Shown one piece after another: positions 30,388 through 41,375 of a stretch of 64,000 nt of DNA. The notes under the pieces are model-generated. The model did not search any database. It had not been told where the DNA came from and saw only the letters and a program-made list of their open reading frames with translations. The DNA lies in IMG/VR virus record IMGVR_UViG_2833096052_000002, positions 102,750-166,749 of that record. One strand, written 5' to 3'. How positions within the stretch are numbered: position 1 is the first letter of the stretch; each line of letters opens with the position of its first letter. The DNA is from a virus (Duplodnaviria; Heunggongvirae; Uroviricota; Caudoviricetes). Made by a program: the position numbers and the translations under genes.

Positions 30388-31491
30388 ATGAAAGATATTA
30401 CATGTTTCAGTGCTAACGTTTTAGCACAGTTTGACAATAAATATGACAATATGCTTGAGTTCAACTCACTCATGATGGACGCAAGCAATAGCGTATATGA
30501 GAAGTATTCTAAAGAGGATACACAGACAATTCTTAGAAAGCAGTTTGATAAGATTCTTGGTCTTAACTTCAAAGAGGCTAATTCTATGAAGCGTAGACAG
30601 GCTTGGAGAGATCATAATAAGGAAATCGCTACTCTTATCGAGGATGTAATTGCTGATAAGATGAACTCAGGTTGGAACACAGCTAATGCTCGTTTCATGG
30701 AGTATGTTGACGAAAGAAATATTGCTGAAGGAGATGCAAATGAGTTCTTCGTAGAAGATAACTCTCTTCTGACAGTTTCTAAGTTCGCAGGAAACCACCA
30801 TGATCTGATTAGAAGCTCAGTAAAGCCTGGTAAGGCATTCTCTATTGATACATCATTTTATGGTGTAAAAGTTTATACAGATTTCGTACTTTTCCAGACA
30901 GGTAAAGTTGATTTCGCTGCTCTTGTAGATAAGATGTATAAGTCTATCGAAGAGAACAGATATGCTGCTCTTTACACAGCATTTATGGGAATGGACGCTT
31001 CTCTTCCAACAGATATGATTCTTCAGACAGCAGTTTCTGAGTCTACAAAGGATTCTATAATTGCTCAGATTGAAGCTGTTGCTGCTGCTACAGGCAAGGA
31101 TGTTATTCTTGTTGGTACTAGACCAGCCATTCAGAAGCTTCAGGGTACTGTAAATTACAATATGTTCTCTGATTCAATGAAAGACGAGAGAAACCAGAAT
31201 GGTATTCTTGGTAACTGGGAGGGTTATGAATGCTTACCTCTTGCTCGTGTTAATAAAGCTGGCACAAGAGAGAACGTATTCTCTGCCGAAGATCAGAAGA
31301 AGATTTTCATTCTTCCTGTAGATCCAGAGTTTAAGCCAATTAAGAGAGTAAACGAAGGAGATGTTATGTACTACGAAACAGGCATGGACGGTCTGAAGAA
31401 AGATATGACTGTTGATGCAGAGGTAGTATACCAGGAAGGTATTGGTGTAGTAATTAACGAACTCTTCGGAGAGATTAAGATTACTGCCTAG
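30388..31491 (+). CDS. Major capsid protein
   Basis: 367 aa, strong RBS, highly expressed codon usage, followed by a terminator. Confidence 0.82.
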   Translation: MKDITCFSANVLAQFDNKYDNMLEFNSLMMDASNSVYEKYSKEDTQTILRKQFDKILGLNFKEANSMKRRQAWRDHNKEIATLIEDVIADKMNSGWNTANARFMEYVDERNIAEGDANEFFVEDNSLLTVSKFAGNHHDLIRSSVKPGKAFSIDTSFYGVKVYTDFVLFQTGKVDFAALVDKMYKSIEENRYAALYTAFMGMDASLPTDMILQTAVSESTKDSIIAQIEAVAAATGKDVILVGTRPAIQKLQGTVNYNMFSDSMKDERNQNGILGNWEGYECLPLARVNKAGTRENVFSAEDQKKIFILPVDPEFKPIKRVNEGDVMYYETGMDGLKKDMTVDAEVVYQEGIGVVINELFGEIKITA

Positions 31492-31512
31492 TATTAGATT
31501 AATATAAAAATA

Positions 31513-31545
31513 TGGAGAGTGGAAATATTCTACTCTCCTATTTTT
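31513..31545 (+). terminator. Terminator after the capsid gene
   Basis: GGAGAGTGG/CTACTCTCC stem followed by TATTTTT. Confidence 0.65.
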
Positions 31546-31559
31546 AAAGGAGAAAACGG

Positions 31560-32234
31560 ATGAAAGTATATGAATTAGCAAAAGAACTAGGTATTACTCC
31601 AAAAGAATTAATATCTTTTTTAAGAGAGAATGGATATAAAGTATCTAGTCATATGCAGAAACTTGATGATGATGCTATTGATTTTACAAACAATAATTTT
31701 GTAAAAGTTAATAATACACCTACAGATAATAAAGCTGTGACAACATCAGAAAATGAGTCTGCAAAACCACAGCCTGTAAAAATACATAAAACATTTAACC
31801 CTAATGACGAGATTCCATGTAAAAGTGTTACTCCGTGGAAATTAACTGCTGTTGGAGTTGATAAAAACACTGTATATCATTGGGAATATTTTGGGGACAT
31901 TGAATATATTAAATATCGCGATTTACAGGCACTTAGAAGAACTGAATATGTAACAAAACCTAGTTTTATTATTATGGATGAAGATCTTGTAGAGCAATGG
32001 AAACGAGAACTTGGTGACAGATATAAGTATTTCAAATCTATCGATTATCCAGAAGAATATTTTGACATGGATGATGATGAGTTTAAAGATATGATTAAAT
32101 CAGCACCAGAATGGCTTGGTGAAATTGTAAAGGTAACAGCAATGACTATGATTCGTGCTGAGAATTATCCGTCTATTGAGAAGATTAAAACTATTGATGA
32201 TATGCTAGGAACTTGTATAAAAGAATTCATTTAA
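31560..32234 (+). CDS. Head-module protein with N-terminal IF2_N-like domain
   Basis: MKVYELAKELGITPKELISFLRENGYKVSSHMQKLDDD matches the IF2 N-terminal repeat pattern. Confidence 0.75.
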   Translation: MKVYELAKELGITPKELISFLRENGYKVSSHMQKLDDDAIDFTNNNFVKVNNTPTDNKAVTTSENESAKPQPVKIHKTFNPNDEIPCKSVTPWKLTAVGVDKNTVYHWEYFGDIEYIKYRDLQALRRTEYVTKPSFIIMDEDLVEQWKRELGDRYKYFKSIDYPEEYFDMDDDEFKDMIKSAPEWLGEIVKVTAMTMIRAENYPSIEKIKTIDDMLGTCIKEFI

Positions 32235-32245
32235 GGAGGTAATAT

Positions 32246-32704
32246 ATGCCTTCTCTTAAATACGAAGATATATACAAAAGGGCATTAACTATGATTGATG
32301 ACCTCGAACTTGCAACTTATACAGAAGAAGACTTTTATGACATTCTGCGTGAATGGTTGCATACAACTGCTTCTTTCCCACTTCTTAGGAAAAAATTCAG
32401 TGTGTATTCTTTTGATGATGAAATTATGAGTATCAATTTCACATTAACAAACAGTGTAGATGATTTCTATGATTCTGAATTTGTTAAAACTATTTTAGCA
32501 AAAGGAATTATCATTAGTTATTTTCCATCAAAATTAGAGAATACAAAGAACTTAGCAACTATGATTGGTGGCAAGGAAGAAAAAAAACTTATAGATAATT
32601 ATTCAAAAAATATGGAAAGGCTCACACAGTTAAAGCGTGAATGGGAACTTGAATTGTCTCGTCATACCTATTACTTTGGTGAGTATGGTGGTTCTAATGG
32701 ATAA
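32246..32704 (+). CDS. Putative head-tail adaptor
   Basis: Synteny and size. Confidence 0.5.
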   Translation: MPSLKYEDIYKRALTMIDDLELATYTEEDFYDILREWLHTTASFPLLRKKFSVYSFDDEIMSINFTLTNSVDDFYDSEFVKTILAKGIIISYFPSKLENTKNLATMIGGKEEKKLIDNYSKNMERLTQLKREWELELSRHTYYFGEYGGSNG

Positions 32705-33044
32705 ATTAGTTCCACATAAATATGGAGAATTTAAAATTTCTCAAGTTAATTACTATAAGCAGAAATTACGAAAAAAAATATTCTGGTTAGTTTTATATAC
32801 AGATAAAAACACAAAAGCCGATTTTGAAAATATAGATGTTGTGGAATATCATAAAAATCTATTATTTGAGATTTCTAACTGTAATAAACTACTACTCTAT
32901 CCAAAAGATTTTGTAGAAATTATTAACAGTCTTGAATGTGCATTGTCTATATTACAGTCAGAAGAATTTAATTTTAACAAATATAAGAAACTTGTGTTTG
33001 ATGCTGGGGCTTTGCTTCAGAGAATGAAAGTTGGTGATGAGTAA
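32697..33044 (+). CDS. Hypothetical virion morphogenesis protein
   Basis: Coupled start at 32697. Confidence 0.55.
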   Translation: MDKLVPHKYGEFKISQVNYYKQKLRKKIFWLVLYTDKNTKADFENIDVVEYHKNLLFEISNCNKLLLYPKDFVEIINSLECALSILQSEEFNFNKYKKLVFDAGALLQRMKVGDE

Positions 33045-34300
33045 TGTCTATATACGATTTTTACCAACGAAAAATGAAAGTTAATGGAAACTCTACTGGG
33101 AAGAATTATTCTACCCTTGGCGAAAAATTAAAATCTGATTCAGATACCCTCATGGAACTTACGTGGGATAACGATCTTGCAGCAAAGACTTGTTATATCT
33201 ACGATCATTTTCATGACGACTTCTTCACAGATGAACATGGAATTACACGTTCACTTGCTGAAGGTATGACATATGAAAATACCAATAAGACAAAGATTGA
33301 CGCAAAGTTTATTATCAAATCTTATCAGTCAATGGATAAAGACCAAGTGGAATACTATCTTATGTTTCGTCCAAGTCAGCCTGTAAGATTCAATGAAGGT
33401 GATGCCCTTTACTATTATGAGATTGATTTTAGGAAACGCTATGGAGCGACATTTCCAATAGGACTTTTCGTGGATGTTCCAGATGATAGAGGGATTTATC
33501 ATAAGTGGATTATCTGTCGTGATGAACCTGCAAATCAGTTTCCAAAGTATTTGATTTTACCAGTAAATTATGAACTTACATGGATTGAAAAGAATAATGA
33601 TAAACGTATCAAGAGACGTATGTGGTGTTGCTTAAGACAACAGAATTCCTACACTATAGGCACTTACACTGACCGATATTTTACACACACAGATAATCAG
33701 AATAAGATATGGTTGCCAATGAATTCTATTACAGAGAAGTTTTGGTACACTTCTGAAGATTCTAAAAATATGCGAGTTGTAGTAAGTGCTTTAACAGAAC
33801 ATCCTACTGTATGGACGGTGACTAAGGTTGAAAATTCAATGCCATTTGGTATTCAAAAGCTTACTATATATACGGCATTTTGGAATGAGCATACTGATTA
33901 TGTCAATCTTGAAACAGGCGAAATGTATGCAGACTATTTCGATTCAGAAATCGCTCCGACAGATCCAGATACCAAACCAACTCTATCCCCAGTTACAAAT
34001 ATCTTAGCTACGATTACTTCATCGGTATCAACAATTAAAGTTGGTGGCTCTTATCGTACACTTAATATCAAACTTTCAAATAATTCTGGTGATAGTAAAT
34101 TAAATTTCGATTGGCATTTTGAAATAGATGGTGAAGAATATAAAGGTATTATCAGAAATGACATTTCTTTCTGCCAAATGAAAATAAAGTTTCCTGATGA
34201 TTACGATTATGTTGGCAAGATTCTGACCATTTATTGCACTATTACAAATGAGACTATTACAATTGAAAGTAATAAGTTACAATTAGAAATAACAGATTAA
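33044..34300 (+). CDS. Putative head-closure/neck protein with C-terminal Ig-like domain
   Basis: Synteny; beta-rich C-terminus TIKVGGSYRTL. Confidence 0.5.
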   Translation: MSIYDFYQRKMKVNGNSTGKNYSTLGEKLKSDSDTLMELTWDNDLAAKTCYIYDHFHDDFFTDEHGITRSLAEGMTYENTNKTKIDAKFIIKSYQSMDKDQVEYYLMFRPSQPVRFNEGDALYYYEIDFRKRYGATFPIGLFVDVPDDRGIYHKWIICRDEPANQFPKYLILPVNYELTWIEKNNDKRIKRRMWCCLRQQNSYTIGTYTDRYFTHTDNQNKIWLPMNSITEKFWYTSEDSKNMRVVVSALTEHPTVWTVTKVENSMPFGIQKLTIYTAFWNEHTDYVNLETGEMYADYFDSEIAPTDPDTKPTLSPVTNILATITSSVSTIKVGGSYRTLNIKLSNNSGDSKLNFDWHFEIDGEEYKGIIRNDISFCQMKIKFPDDYDYVGKILTIYCTITNETITIESNKLQLEITD

Positions 34301-34309
34301 GGAGGTAAT

Positions 34310-34966
34310 ATGATAGAAGATAAAATAGTATCTAAAACTGATTTGCTAAACAAACTTCGAGCATATAGAAGAACTCCTGATGACGATAATATTGTTTACA
34401 AACAAAAAATTGAAAAGGCATTATTGTCGAATCCTTATCTGTTATATGCTCTTAATGAAAAAGATTTAGAATCCGAACTTTTTAATGATAAGGGAAATAT
34501 AAATTGGGAATGGGATGAAAAAAATAAAAAATATGAACCGCTTGGAGAATGGGATAGATATTTTGGAAGCAATTCAAATATCCGTCCTTTTTTATTTATT
34601 CCAGATACTCAAACGGAAGTAAAACATTATATATGTTATCAAGTTGGTTTTGATGAAATCCCAAGATATTCTCAAATAAATAAAAATACAGAAATAACAT
34701 TTACAATATTTGTTCATGGAAATGACCGTATGGATAAACTTACAGGCTTGCCTCGTCATGATTTAATAGCTTCTATTATACGAGAACAATTTAATTGGTC
34801 TAATATCTTTGGGTTGCAGACAAAATTAATCTCATCTAAAGAATCTATGACAGATAATAACTATGTAGTAAGAACATTGGTATTTCAGATTTACTATGAT
34901 ATTAATGGAATTACATATAGTCCGTTTGGTGAGCAATCGTACATAAGGAATAACGAATCTTGGTAA
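34310..34966 (+). CDS. Putative tail terminator/completion protein
   Basis: Synteny. Confidence 0.45.
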   Translation: MIEDKIVSKTDLLNKLRAYRRTPDDDNIVYKQKIEKALLSNPYLLYALNEKDLESELFNDKGNINWEWDEKNKKYEPLGEWDRYFGSNSNIRPFLFIPDTQTEVKHYICYQVGFDEIPRYSQINKNTEITFTIFVHGNDRMDKLTGLPRHDLIASIIREQFNWSNIFGLQTKLISSKESMTDNNYVVRTLVFQIYYDINGITYSPFGEQSYIRNNESW

Positions 34967-35892
34967 TAGGCAAGGAAGAACACTATGAGAATGATGAACT
35001 AAAGATATATCGTGGTGAAGATTTTATAGTTCAAAAACATATTATCTTACATCAACCTACATTGGGTGAAATATGTGATTTTTCAGAGAAAGATTATTAT
35101 TCAATGTTGTATAACTTTACAGCTACGCCACAATCTTTAAAGGTACAATTATGGGAAGGTGGAATAGATTATACTGAAATACAACCATTTCAATTATTCT
35201 ATACACTGCTCTATAAAGCATTCCCAATTAAAAAAACTTCTATTATATTTGGAGATTTAGATTTTTCTAAATTTCAGGTTCGACAAAAAGAAGATGATGA
35301 TTCAATTTTTTTGTATCAAGCAATTCCTACAGGAAATATTTATGAATTAATTGGTAGTAATATAAAAGGTAAAAAGTTACATCATTTTACAAGTTTAACT
35401 GATGCTGCAAAATTCGTTAATACAGATGAAGATACTTTAATAGATCAATTATCAGAAGATAATAGATTTGGCAATTATGTCTTTGATGAGGTATCTTTAG
35501 AACCAGTAATAATAGATGAATTTACCTATAATATGATAATTGATTATCTTTGCAAAACACATTTCATTGAAAGAGATTTTAGAATTCCAGCTAATAATTC
35601 TACTAAAATGGTGCTAATAGAAGATGCAAAAGAAGAAATGGAACGAGCAAAAAACAAAGAATATCATTCTCAATTAAAAAATATGATATCCGCTATGATC
35701 AATTCAGAAGGATTTAAATATAATCATGAACAAGTTTGGAATATGAAAATTAATGCGTTTATGGATTCTGTAAAACGTATAGGAAAAATTAAAAATGCAC
35801 AATTATTGTTGCAATCTGGCTATTCTGGTTTCGGAATAAGCTTTGATGACATAGACAAAAAACAAATAGATTGGCTTGGAGAACTCGACTAG
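34960..35892 (+). CDS. Hypothetical tail-module protein
   Basis: 310-aa ORF in operon. Confidence 0.55.
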   Translation: MVIGKEEHYENDELKIYRGEDFIVQKHIILHQPTLGEICDFSEKDYYSMLYNFTATPQSLKVQLWEGGIDYTEIQPFQLFYTLLYKAFPIKKTSIIFGDLDFSKFQVRQKEDDDSIFLYQAIPTGNIYELIGSNIKGKKLHHFTSLTDAAKFVNTDEDTLIDQLSEDNRFGNYVFDEVSLEPVIIDEFTYNMIIDYLCKTHFIERDFRIPANNSTKMVLIEDAKEEMERAKNKEYHSQLKNMISAMINSEGFKYNHEQVWNMKINAFMDSVKRIGKIKNAQLLLQSGYSGFGISFDDIDKKQIDWLGELD

Positions 35893-35934
35893 AGTTCTTT
35901 TTTATTGCCACAAAATTATTAAGGAGGAATAAAA

Positions 35935-36735
35935 ATGGCTAACTTTAACCCAAATGAATTAATTCTTGAGAAAATTAGAGCCGTAGAGGAATATGATCCT
36001 GCTACAATGGAGCTTACTGGTAGATACACACAGGTCGAAGATCCGTCCCTTAAAACAAGTGCCGATGGTACAGATGTTACTGATGCAATGGGTACACCAA
36101 TCCAGACATTCTATCAGGCACAGAAAGGTACATTTGATTTCACTAACTCACTCTTCTCTCTTGACCTTGCTGCTTCACAGTTTGGTTCAACAAAGGCAGT
36201 AGCTTCTGATACAAAGAAGATTAAGATGCCTGTATCTGAGACAATTGCAATTGGAGCTGGTGCAACTGTAGAACTTAAATATGTTCCAATTGGTACAAAG
36301 GGTGCAGAGGTTAAGTATGTTAAGGTTATTAATGATAATAACACATTCGGTAAGACATATACTGTATCTGCTACAAAGGGTGAAGACAAGTTCACTATTG
36401 ATGCAGCTAACAGAACAATTACTCTTCCAGAGGGAACAACTGGTCGTGTATTTGTAAACTATGAGAAGGAAACAGCTACAGCAGTTCAGGTAATTAAGAG
36501 AACTGATGGTGTACCAGAGGTTAAGACACTTCTTATCCATGCAATCTTCCACGATCCATGTAATAAGAATCTTGTATATGCTGGTGTTATCCGTTGTCCA
36601 AGAGCACAGATTGATCCATCAAGCGTAGAGCTTTCTCTTAAGTCTGATGGTAAGCATCCAGCTTCTTATGTTCTTAATAAGGAGTACTGTGCTGAGGATG
36701 GTAAGCTTTTTGATATCTTAGTATCTGAGGACTAA
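35935..36735 (+). CDS. Major tail tube protein
   Basis: Strong RBS, highly expressed codon usage, flanked by terminators, beta-rich. Confidence 0.75.
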   Translation: MANFNPNELILEKIRAVEEYDPATMELTGRYTQVEDPSLKTSADGTDVTDAMGTPIQTFYQAQKGTFDFTNSLFSLDLAASQFGSTKAVASDTKKIKMPVSETIAIGAGATVELKYVPIGTKGAEVKYVKVINDNNTFGKTYTVSATKGEDKFTIDAANRTITLPEGTTGRVFVNYEKETATAVQVIKRTDGVPEVKTLLIHAIFHDPCNKNLVYAGVIRCPRAQIDPSSVELSLKSDGKHPASYVLNKEYCAEDGKLFDILVSED

Positions 36736-36790
36736 TTAAAAAATAAGAGTGGTTGAAATATACCACTCTTTTTGTGAAAGGAATTATTAT

Positions 36791-37132
36791 ATGTCATTAG
36801 AAAATAACGCAATTTGCGCAATATGTGGAAAACCTTATAGAGTTTGTCATACATGTCAGAATATTAAAACTTATACTCCTTGGAGAACAGTAACTGATAC
36901 TCTTCCACACTATACAATTTATCTTGCGATTTATGAATATAATAAAACAAAAGATAAAGCAAAAGCAAAAGAAGAATTATTAAAATGTGATTTATCCGAG
37001 TTGGATAGTTTTGATAAAGATGTTAAAAAGGTCATTAATGAAATTTTAGGAGAAAATAAAAAGACAGTTAATACTACTCCTAATAAAGAACAGATTTCAA
37101 AATCTGATAATAAGCTGGTACAGAAGAAATGA
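36791..37132 (+). CDS. Hypothetical protein with Zn-binding CxxC motifs
   Basis: CAICG...CHTC; ATG after an RBS. Confidence 0.6.
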   Translation: MSLENNAICAICGKPYRVCHTCQNIKTYTPWRTVTDTLPHYTIYLAIYEYNKTKDKAKAKEELLKCDLSELDSFDKDVKKVINEILGENKKTVNTTPNKEQISKSDNKLVQKK

Positions 37133-37493
37133 TTATATTGAATAGTAAGTTAAATTTTTTGATTGTATAGGGTTACGCATTTACTATTCAGTATTTTGTG
37201 TAGCCCTATTTTTTACGCTTATTAAGCAATATATAAATAGAATGGAGTGAACGGATATTAAAGAATATAGTGACGTATTCAATTGGGAATACGATTCAGA
37301 AGATGTAATTTACATTCCTAATATGACTCAAAATTGTATGTATTTAAGTTCACCTTTGTCACGAGGGAAATTAGTTGATATTTTCCCAGGCAGAAATAAA
37401 CGTGTTGTTTTTGCATGGTTAAGATCAAAAGAAATAAATGAGTTATATAAAGAATGGAATAGTAAGAAATTTGATGAAGAGGAGGACTAATCA

Positions 37494-37868
37494 ATGAAAG
37501 ATTTTTTAGGAAGCTTAGATTGGATGACACTGCTCTCTGCTATTTGGACAGTAATTTTAGTTCCAATTGGAACACAACTTTATAAATATTTGAAAACAAA
37601 GAAACTTGATAAGTATGCCTTGATTCTTTATAGAGAAGTTAAAAATGCTGTCAAGTCAGTATATGAAACAGAGGTCAAAGACATAAAGGGTACTGACGCA
37701 TGGACTGAGGATAAAATGAATGAAGTTAAAGAAATTGCAAAACAGAAAGCAATTCAGGCACTTAATCAGTCAGTATATAAATGTCTCAAAGAGGCTAATA
37801 GTGATTTCGAGGATTACTTAGATTCACTCATTACAACCTCATTGTACGATCTTAAACATGAAAAATAA
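37494..37868 (+). CDS. Holin-like membrane protein
   Basis: One N-terminal TM helix and charged helical tail; directly before the endolysin. Confidence 0.55.
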   Translation: MKDFLGSLDWMTLLSAIWTVILVPIGTQLYKYLKTKKLDKYALILYREVKNAVKSVYETEVKDIKGTDAWTEDKMNEVKEIAKQKAIQALNQSVYKCLKEANSDFEDYLDSLITTSLYDLKHEK

Positions 37869-37938
37869 AATATGATAAATGAGTTGGAGACTTAAAGAGT
37901 CTCTTTTTTATTGTAGAAAATTAGGAAGGAGGATAAAT

Positions 37939-39066
37939 ATGTCTTACGTTATAAATGAGATATGGGCTTCTAGTACAAATTATGGAGCTACTAGACCTAC
38001 AAGTAATATTAAATATATTGTAATTCATTACACAGGTAATAATGGAGATACTGCTGAAAATAACGGAAAATATTTTCAAGGTGCGCACAGAAGGGCTTCT
38101 GCACATTATTTTATAGATTCAGATTCAATAGTACATTCTGTTCCTGATAATAGAATTGCATGGTCTGTTGGTGGAAATAAATATAATAATGCTGGTGGAA
38201 GACTTTATGGAATTGCAAAAAATGCAAATACTTTAAATATTGAGTTATGTGATGACACAAAAGATAATATAATTTATCCAAGCAATGCAACAATTGAAAA
38301 TGCTTTAAACTTAGTTAGGGAGCTTATGAAAAAGTATGGAGTTTCGGAATCAAATGTCATAAGACACTACGATGTCAATGGCAAATTATGTCCTAGTTAT
38401 TGGGTAGACAATAGCCGATGGGAAAATGAATTTCATTCTAAAATTTCTCATAGTTCAACTTCTTCTATTACTTCTGCCCCTACCCCATACAGAGTTAGAA
38501 AGTCATGGTCTGATGTAAAATCACAGACTGGTGCTTATAACAATTTGGATAATGCAAAAAGAGAGTGTGGAACTGGATATAATGTTTATGATGCAAATGG
38601 TAATGTAGTGTACTCTAATGGTGGCAATACTACACCAACTCCAAAGCCATCTGTTTCTACTCAGTCAAAGCCAAGTGGAAATTCACTCGTAAGATTAGGA
38701 CAGCAACACGCTATTAATTTTACAGGACATACAATTGCTGTTGATGGACTTGTCGGAAAAGAAACCAACAGAATGAAAGCTAGAGTTTTACAACATGCTA
38801 TAAACCTTGATTATAAAAAAGGCATTGGGGAAGATGGAATATTTGGTCGCAAGTCTAAGGCAGCTCTTGGTTCTCATTATGTTAAAAAGGGAGAAAGACA
38901 GTATATGGTAACTGCGGCTGAGATACTTATGTATCTTAATGGTATTGATCCGAATGGTGTAGAATGTCCTGGTAAATATGGTAATGGTCTTGTAAGAGCT
39001 TCAAGACAGAAGTTTGGAGATGATGGTCTTAAAATTACAGCATCTGAATTCCTCAAGTTAATATAA
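37939..39066 (+). CDS. Endolysin, N-acetylmuramoyl-L-alanine amidase (Amidase_2) with C-terminal cell-wall-binding domains
   Basis: IVIHYT, ASAHYF, AWSVG, NIELC, IRHYDV..K.CP; PG-binding-like DG..G..T repeats. Confidence 0.9.
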   Translation: MSYVINEIWASSTNYGATRPTSNIKYIVIHYTGNNGDTAENNGKYFQGAHRRASAHYFIDSDSIVHSVPDNRIAWSVGGNKYNNAGGRLYGIAKNANTLNIELCDDTKDNIIYPSNATIENALNLVRELMKKYGVSESNVIRHYDVNGKLCPSYWVDNSRWENEFHSKISHSSTSSITSAPTPYRVRKSWSDVKSQTGAYNNLDNAKRECGTGYNVYDANGNVVYSNGGNTTPTPKPSVSTQSKPSGNSLVRLGQQHAINFTGHTIAVDGLVGKETNRMKARVLQHAINLDYKKGIGEDGIFGRKSKAALGSHYVKKGERQYMVTAAEILMYLNGIDPNGVECPGKYGNGLVRASRQKFGDDGLKITASEFLKLI

Positions 39067-39078
39067 GGAAAGGCTCAG

Positions 39079-39579
39079 ATGGTGCAAAATGAAATGGATG
39101 AAATAAAAGCATTAATGAATTTAGATTTTCCAACTGTTATCTTGGGCGTATTTATAATAATCTTAGGCTTAGATAAGATAATATTTTTACTTCAGAAAGC
39201 GAAGAAAGCTTTACGTGTAAAACTTGGTTATGAAATTGACAAAGAGACTCTTGATAAAAGAATAGCCACGCTGGAAAAACATGATAACTGGCAATATAAA
39301 GAGATAACCAAAATGTCTAAAGGCATAGAGAATATTGAATCCGAGCTATTAGACAATAACTTGGAGAGAAAACGCAAATATATTTTGGATTTTTGTTCTT
39401 CTCTGTCAAATGGTCAGAAACAAAACAAAGAGGCTTTTAATAATGTCTTCAAGACATATAAAAAGTATGAAGAACTGCTTACAGCTCATAACATGGAAAA
39501 TGGTCAAGCAGAAGAAAGCATCAAGTTTATTTCTGAAAAGTATCAGGAATTTTTAAGAAACGGAGAATTCAAATCATAA
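39079..39579 (+). CDS. Single-TM lysis-cassette protein
   Basis: N-terminal TM plus coiled coil, after the endolysin. Confidence 0.5.
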   Translation: MVQNEMDEIKALMNLDFPTVILGVFIIILGLDKIIFLLQKAKKALRVKLGYEIDKETLDKRIATLEKHDNWQYKEITKMSKGIENIESELLDNNLERKRKYILDFCSSLSNGQKQNKEAFNNVFKTYKKYEELLTAHNMENGQAEESIKFISEKYQEFLRNGEFKS

Positions 39580-39638
39580 TATTTTTATCATATCATAAAA
39601 TTCAATAACTTAACTTATGAATTTCTTTCTTATTATAT

Positions 39639-39872
39639 ATGTATAGAAAAACAGATTATACACAGACTAAATACATGAAGAATGAAATAGGCAGATATAG
39701 GTATCAACAGAATATTTCAATATCAGAACTTGCGAGACGTACAGGATTATCAGCAACTGCAATATCTAATCTTGAAAATGGATATACTTCTGATATACTA
39801 CTCTCTCATGCAATATCTTTATCTCATGCATTACATGTTGATTTGTACGATTTGTTTTGTATTAAAAGATAA
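39639..39872 (+). CDS. XRE-family HTH regulator
   Basis: ISISELARRTGLSATAISNLENG. Confidence 0.85.
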   Translation: MYRKTDYTQTKYMKNEIGRYRYQQNISISELARRTGLSATAISNLENGYTSDILLSHAISLSHALHVDLYDLFCIKR

Positions 39873-40117
39873 GGAGAATTGGTATGGAAAAAACATTTTA
39901 CAACGTAATCTGTGAAGAATTGGAATTATTAGGAGGTAAAGTAATTCATATTGACAAGAACTTTGGAGATATGAATGAAGTACATAATTTCGTAATAAGT
40001 AATATAGGTAAATATCCTAATGCGCATTGGGAACTACGACCTATCATATTTAAAATTTAATATTAAAGGAAAGAGCAGTTTCTTCGGAGGCTGCTCTTTT
40101 GTTATGTAAAGGAGTGA

Positions 40118-40570
40118 ATGGGAATAGCAAAAGCTAAATCGAAATATCATGTAGATATTTCAGAACAAGGTAAGAAAAATCGAACATATAAAGGCGTGAC
40201 TTACGATAGCCTAACGGAGCTTAGATTTTTGCAAGAATTTATTGAGCCTAGAATGAAAAGTGGAGAAATATTATCATATGAACGCCAAGTAGAATATGTT
40301 CTTCAAGAAAAATTTAAATATAATGGAAAGACAATTCTACCAATTAAATATCGAAGTGATTTTAATGTAATATGGGCTGATGGTACTTTACAAGTTTTCG
40401 ATGTGAAGGGAAATCCCGATTCCATGTCGTTACTTAAAAGGAAAATGATGTGGTGTAAATATCCAGAGGCTAATCTTACATTTATATGCCGTAATTTAAA
40501 ATACGGTGGATGGGTAGAATTTGATACTTTAAAGAAACTTCGTAAAGAAGCTAAGAAAGCAAAATCATGA
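40118..40570 (+). CDS. DUF1064-family PD-(D/E)xK nuclease-like protein
   Basis: YDS..E..F...ERQV.Y.LQ...IKYRSDF...DVKG. Confidence 0.75.
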   Translation: MGIAKAKSKYHVDISEQGKKNRTYKGVTYDSLTELRFLQEFIEPRMKSGEILSYERQVEYVLQEKFKYNGKTILPIKYRSDFNVIWADGTLQVFDVKGNPDSMSLLKRKMMWCKYPEANLTFICRNLKYGGWVEFDTLKKLRKEAKKAKS

Positions 40571-40761
40571 CAGACAATGAGATACATAAGTATCTAATAA
40601 AACATAACTGGGCTGTTAATTCTCATGAGTTTATATCAATTATGAACGAAAGCCCTCAGATAGAACGGACTGAATATAATAGTCAAAATGATATATTAAC
40701 TGTTTACACTCACGACTATGTATTTTCATGCAAGTGGGTGTTGAATGAGATAAAGGAATGA
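40567..40761 (+). CDS. Hypothetical protein
   Basis: ATGA overlap with the previous gene. Confidence 0.5.
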   Translation: MTDNEIHKYLIKHNWAVNSHEFISIMNESPQIERTEYNSQNDILTVYTHDYVFSCKWVLNEIKE

Positions 40762-41375
40762 AAGGAACATTAATTATGGAAAAGATTACAATTAAAAATT
40801 TTATAGATGAGTTCAATAAGCGTGGCACAGAGTCATTAAAGGATCAGTATATTAAAGATAATCTTGAAATTATACCTTATGTGCCATTTATTAAAAAGGA
40901 TGCACTTATCGGTAATTTGCTGAAAACAACTATGATTGATAAAGAGACAGGAAACATAAAAGTAAATTCTTCTGCTGAATATTTGTTAATGACAAGAATT
41001 TTTATTGAGAACTACACAAACCTTACTGTAGAGACTGAAGGATTCTTTGAGGAATATGATGAGTTAAAGAAATCTGGACTGTTCGATATTCTTCTTATTG
41101 GCAACGATGTTACCGCTCCACTTATTCCATATGAGGAAATTGCAGAGTTTAAACATTTGTTATCAATTAAGAAATCGGATATTTTGCAGAACAAATATGA
41201 GATCCACAGCTTTATCACAGAGCAGGTGGAAAGATTTAAGACTCTTGGCGAAGCTACTCTCACACCGCTTGTTGATGCCGTTAGTAAGAAACTTGATAGT
41301 TTGTCTGACGATGATTTGAGAAAGATTCTTGATGATTATAAACTTAAAACTACTGCAAATTTTAAAGAGGTGTAG
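40758..41375 (+). CDS. Hypothetical protein, possibly tail assembly chaperone
   Basis: Acidic helical protein upstream of the tape measure gene. Confidence 0.5.
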   Translation: MKGTLIMEKITIKNFIDEFNKRGTESLKDQYIKDNLEIIPYVPFIKKDALIGNLLKTTMIDKETGNIKVNSSAEYLLMTRIFIENYTNLTVETEGFFEEYDELKKSGLFDILLIGNDVTAPLIPYEEIAEFKHLLSIKKSDILQNKYEIHSFITEQVERFKTLGEATLTPLVDAVSKKLDSLSDDDLRKILDDYKLKTTANFKEV

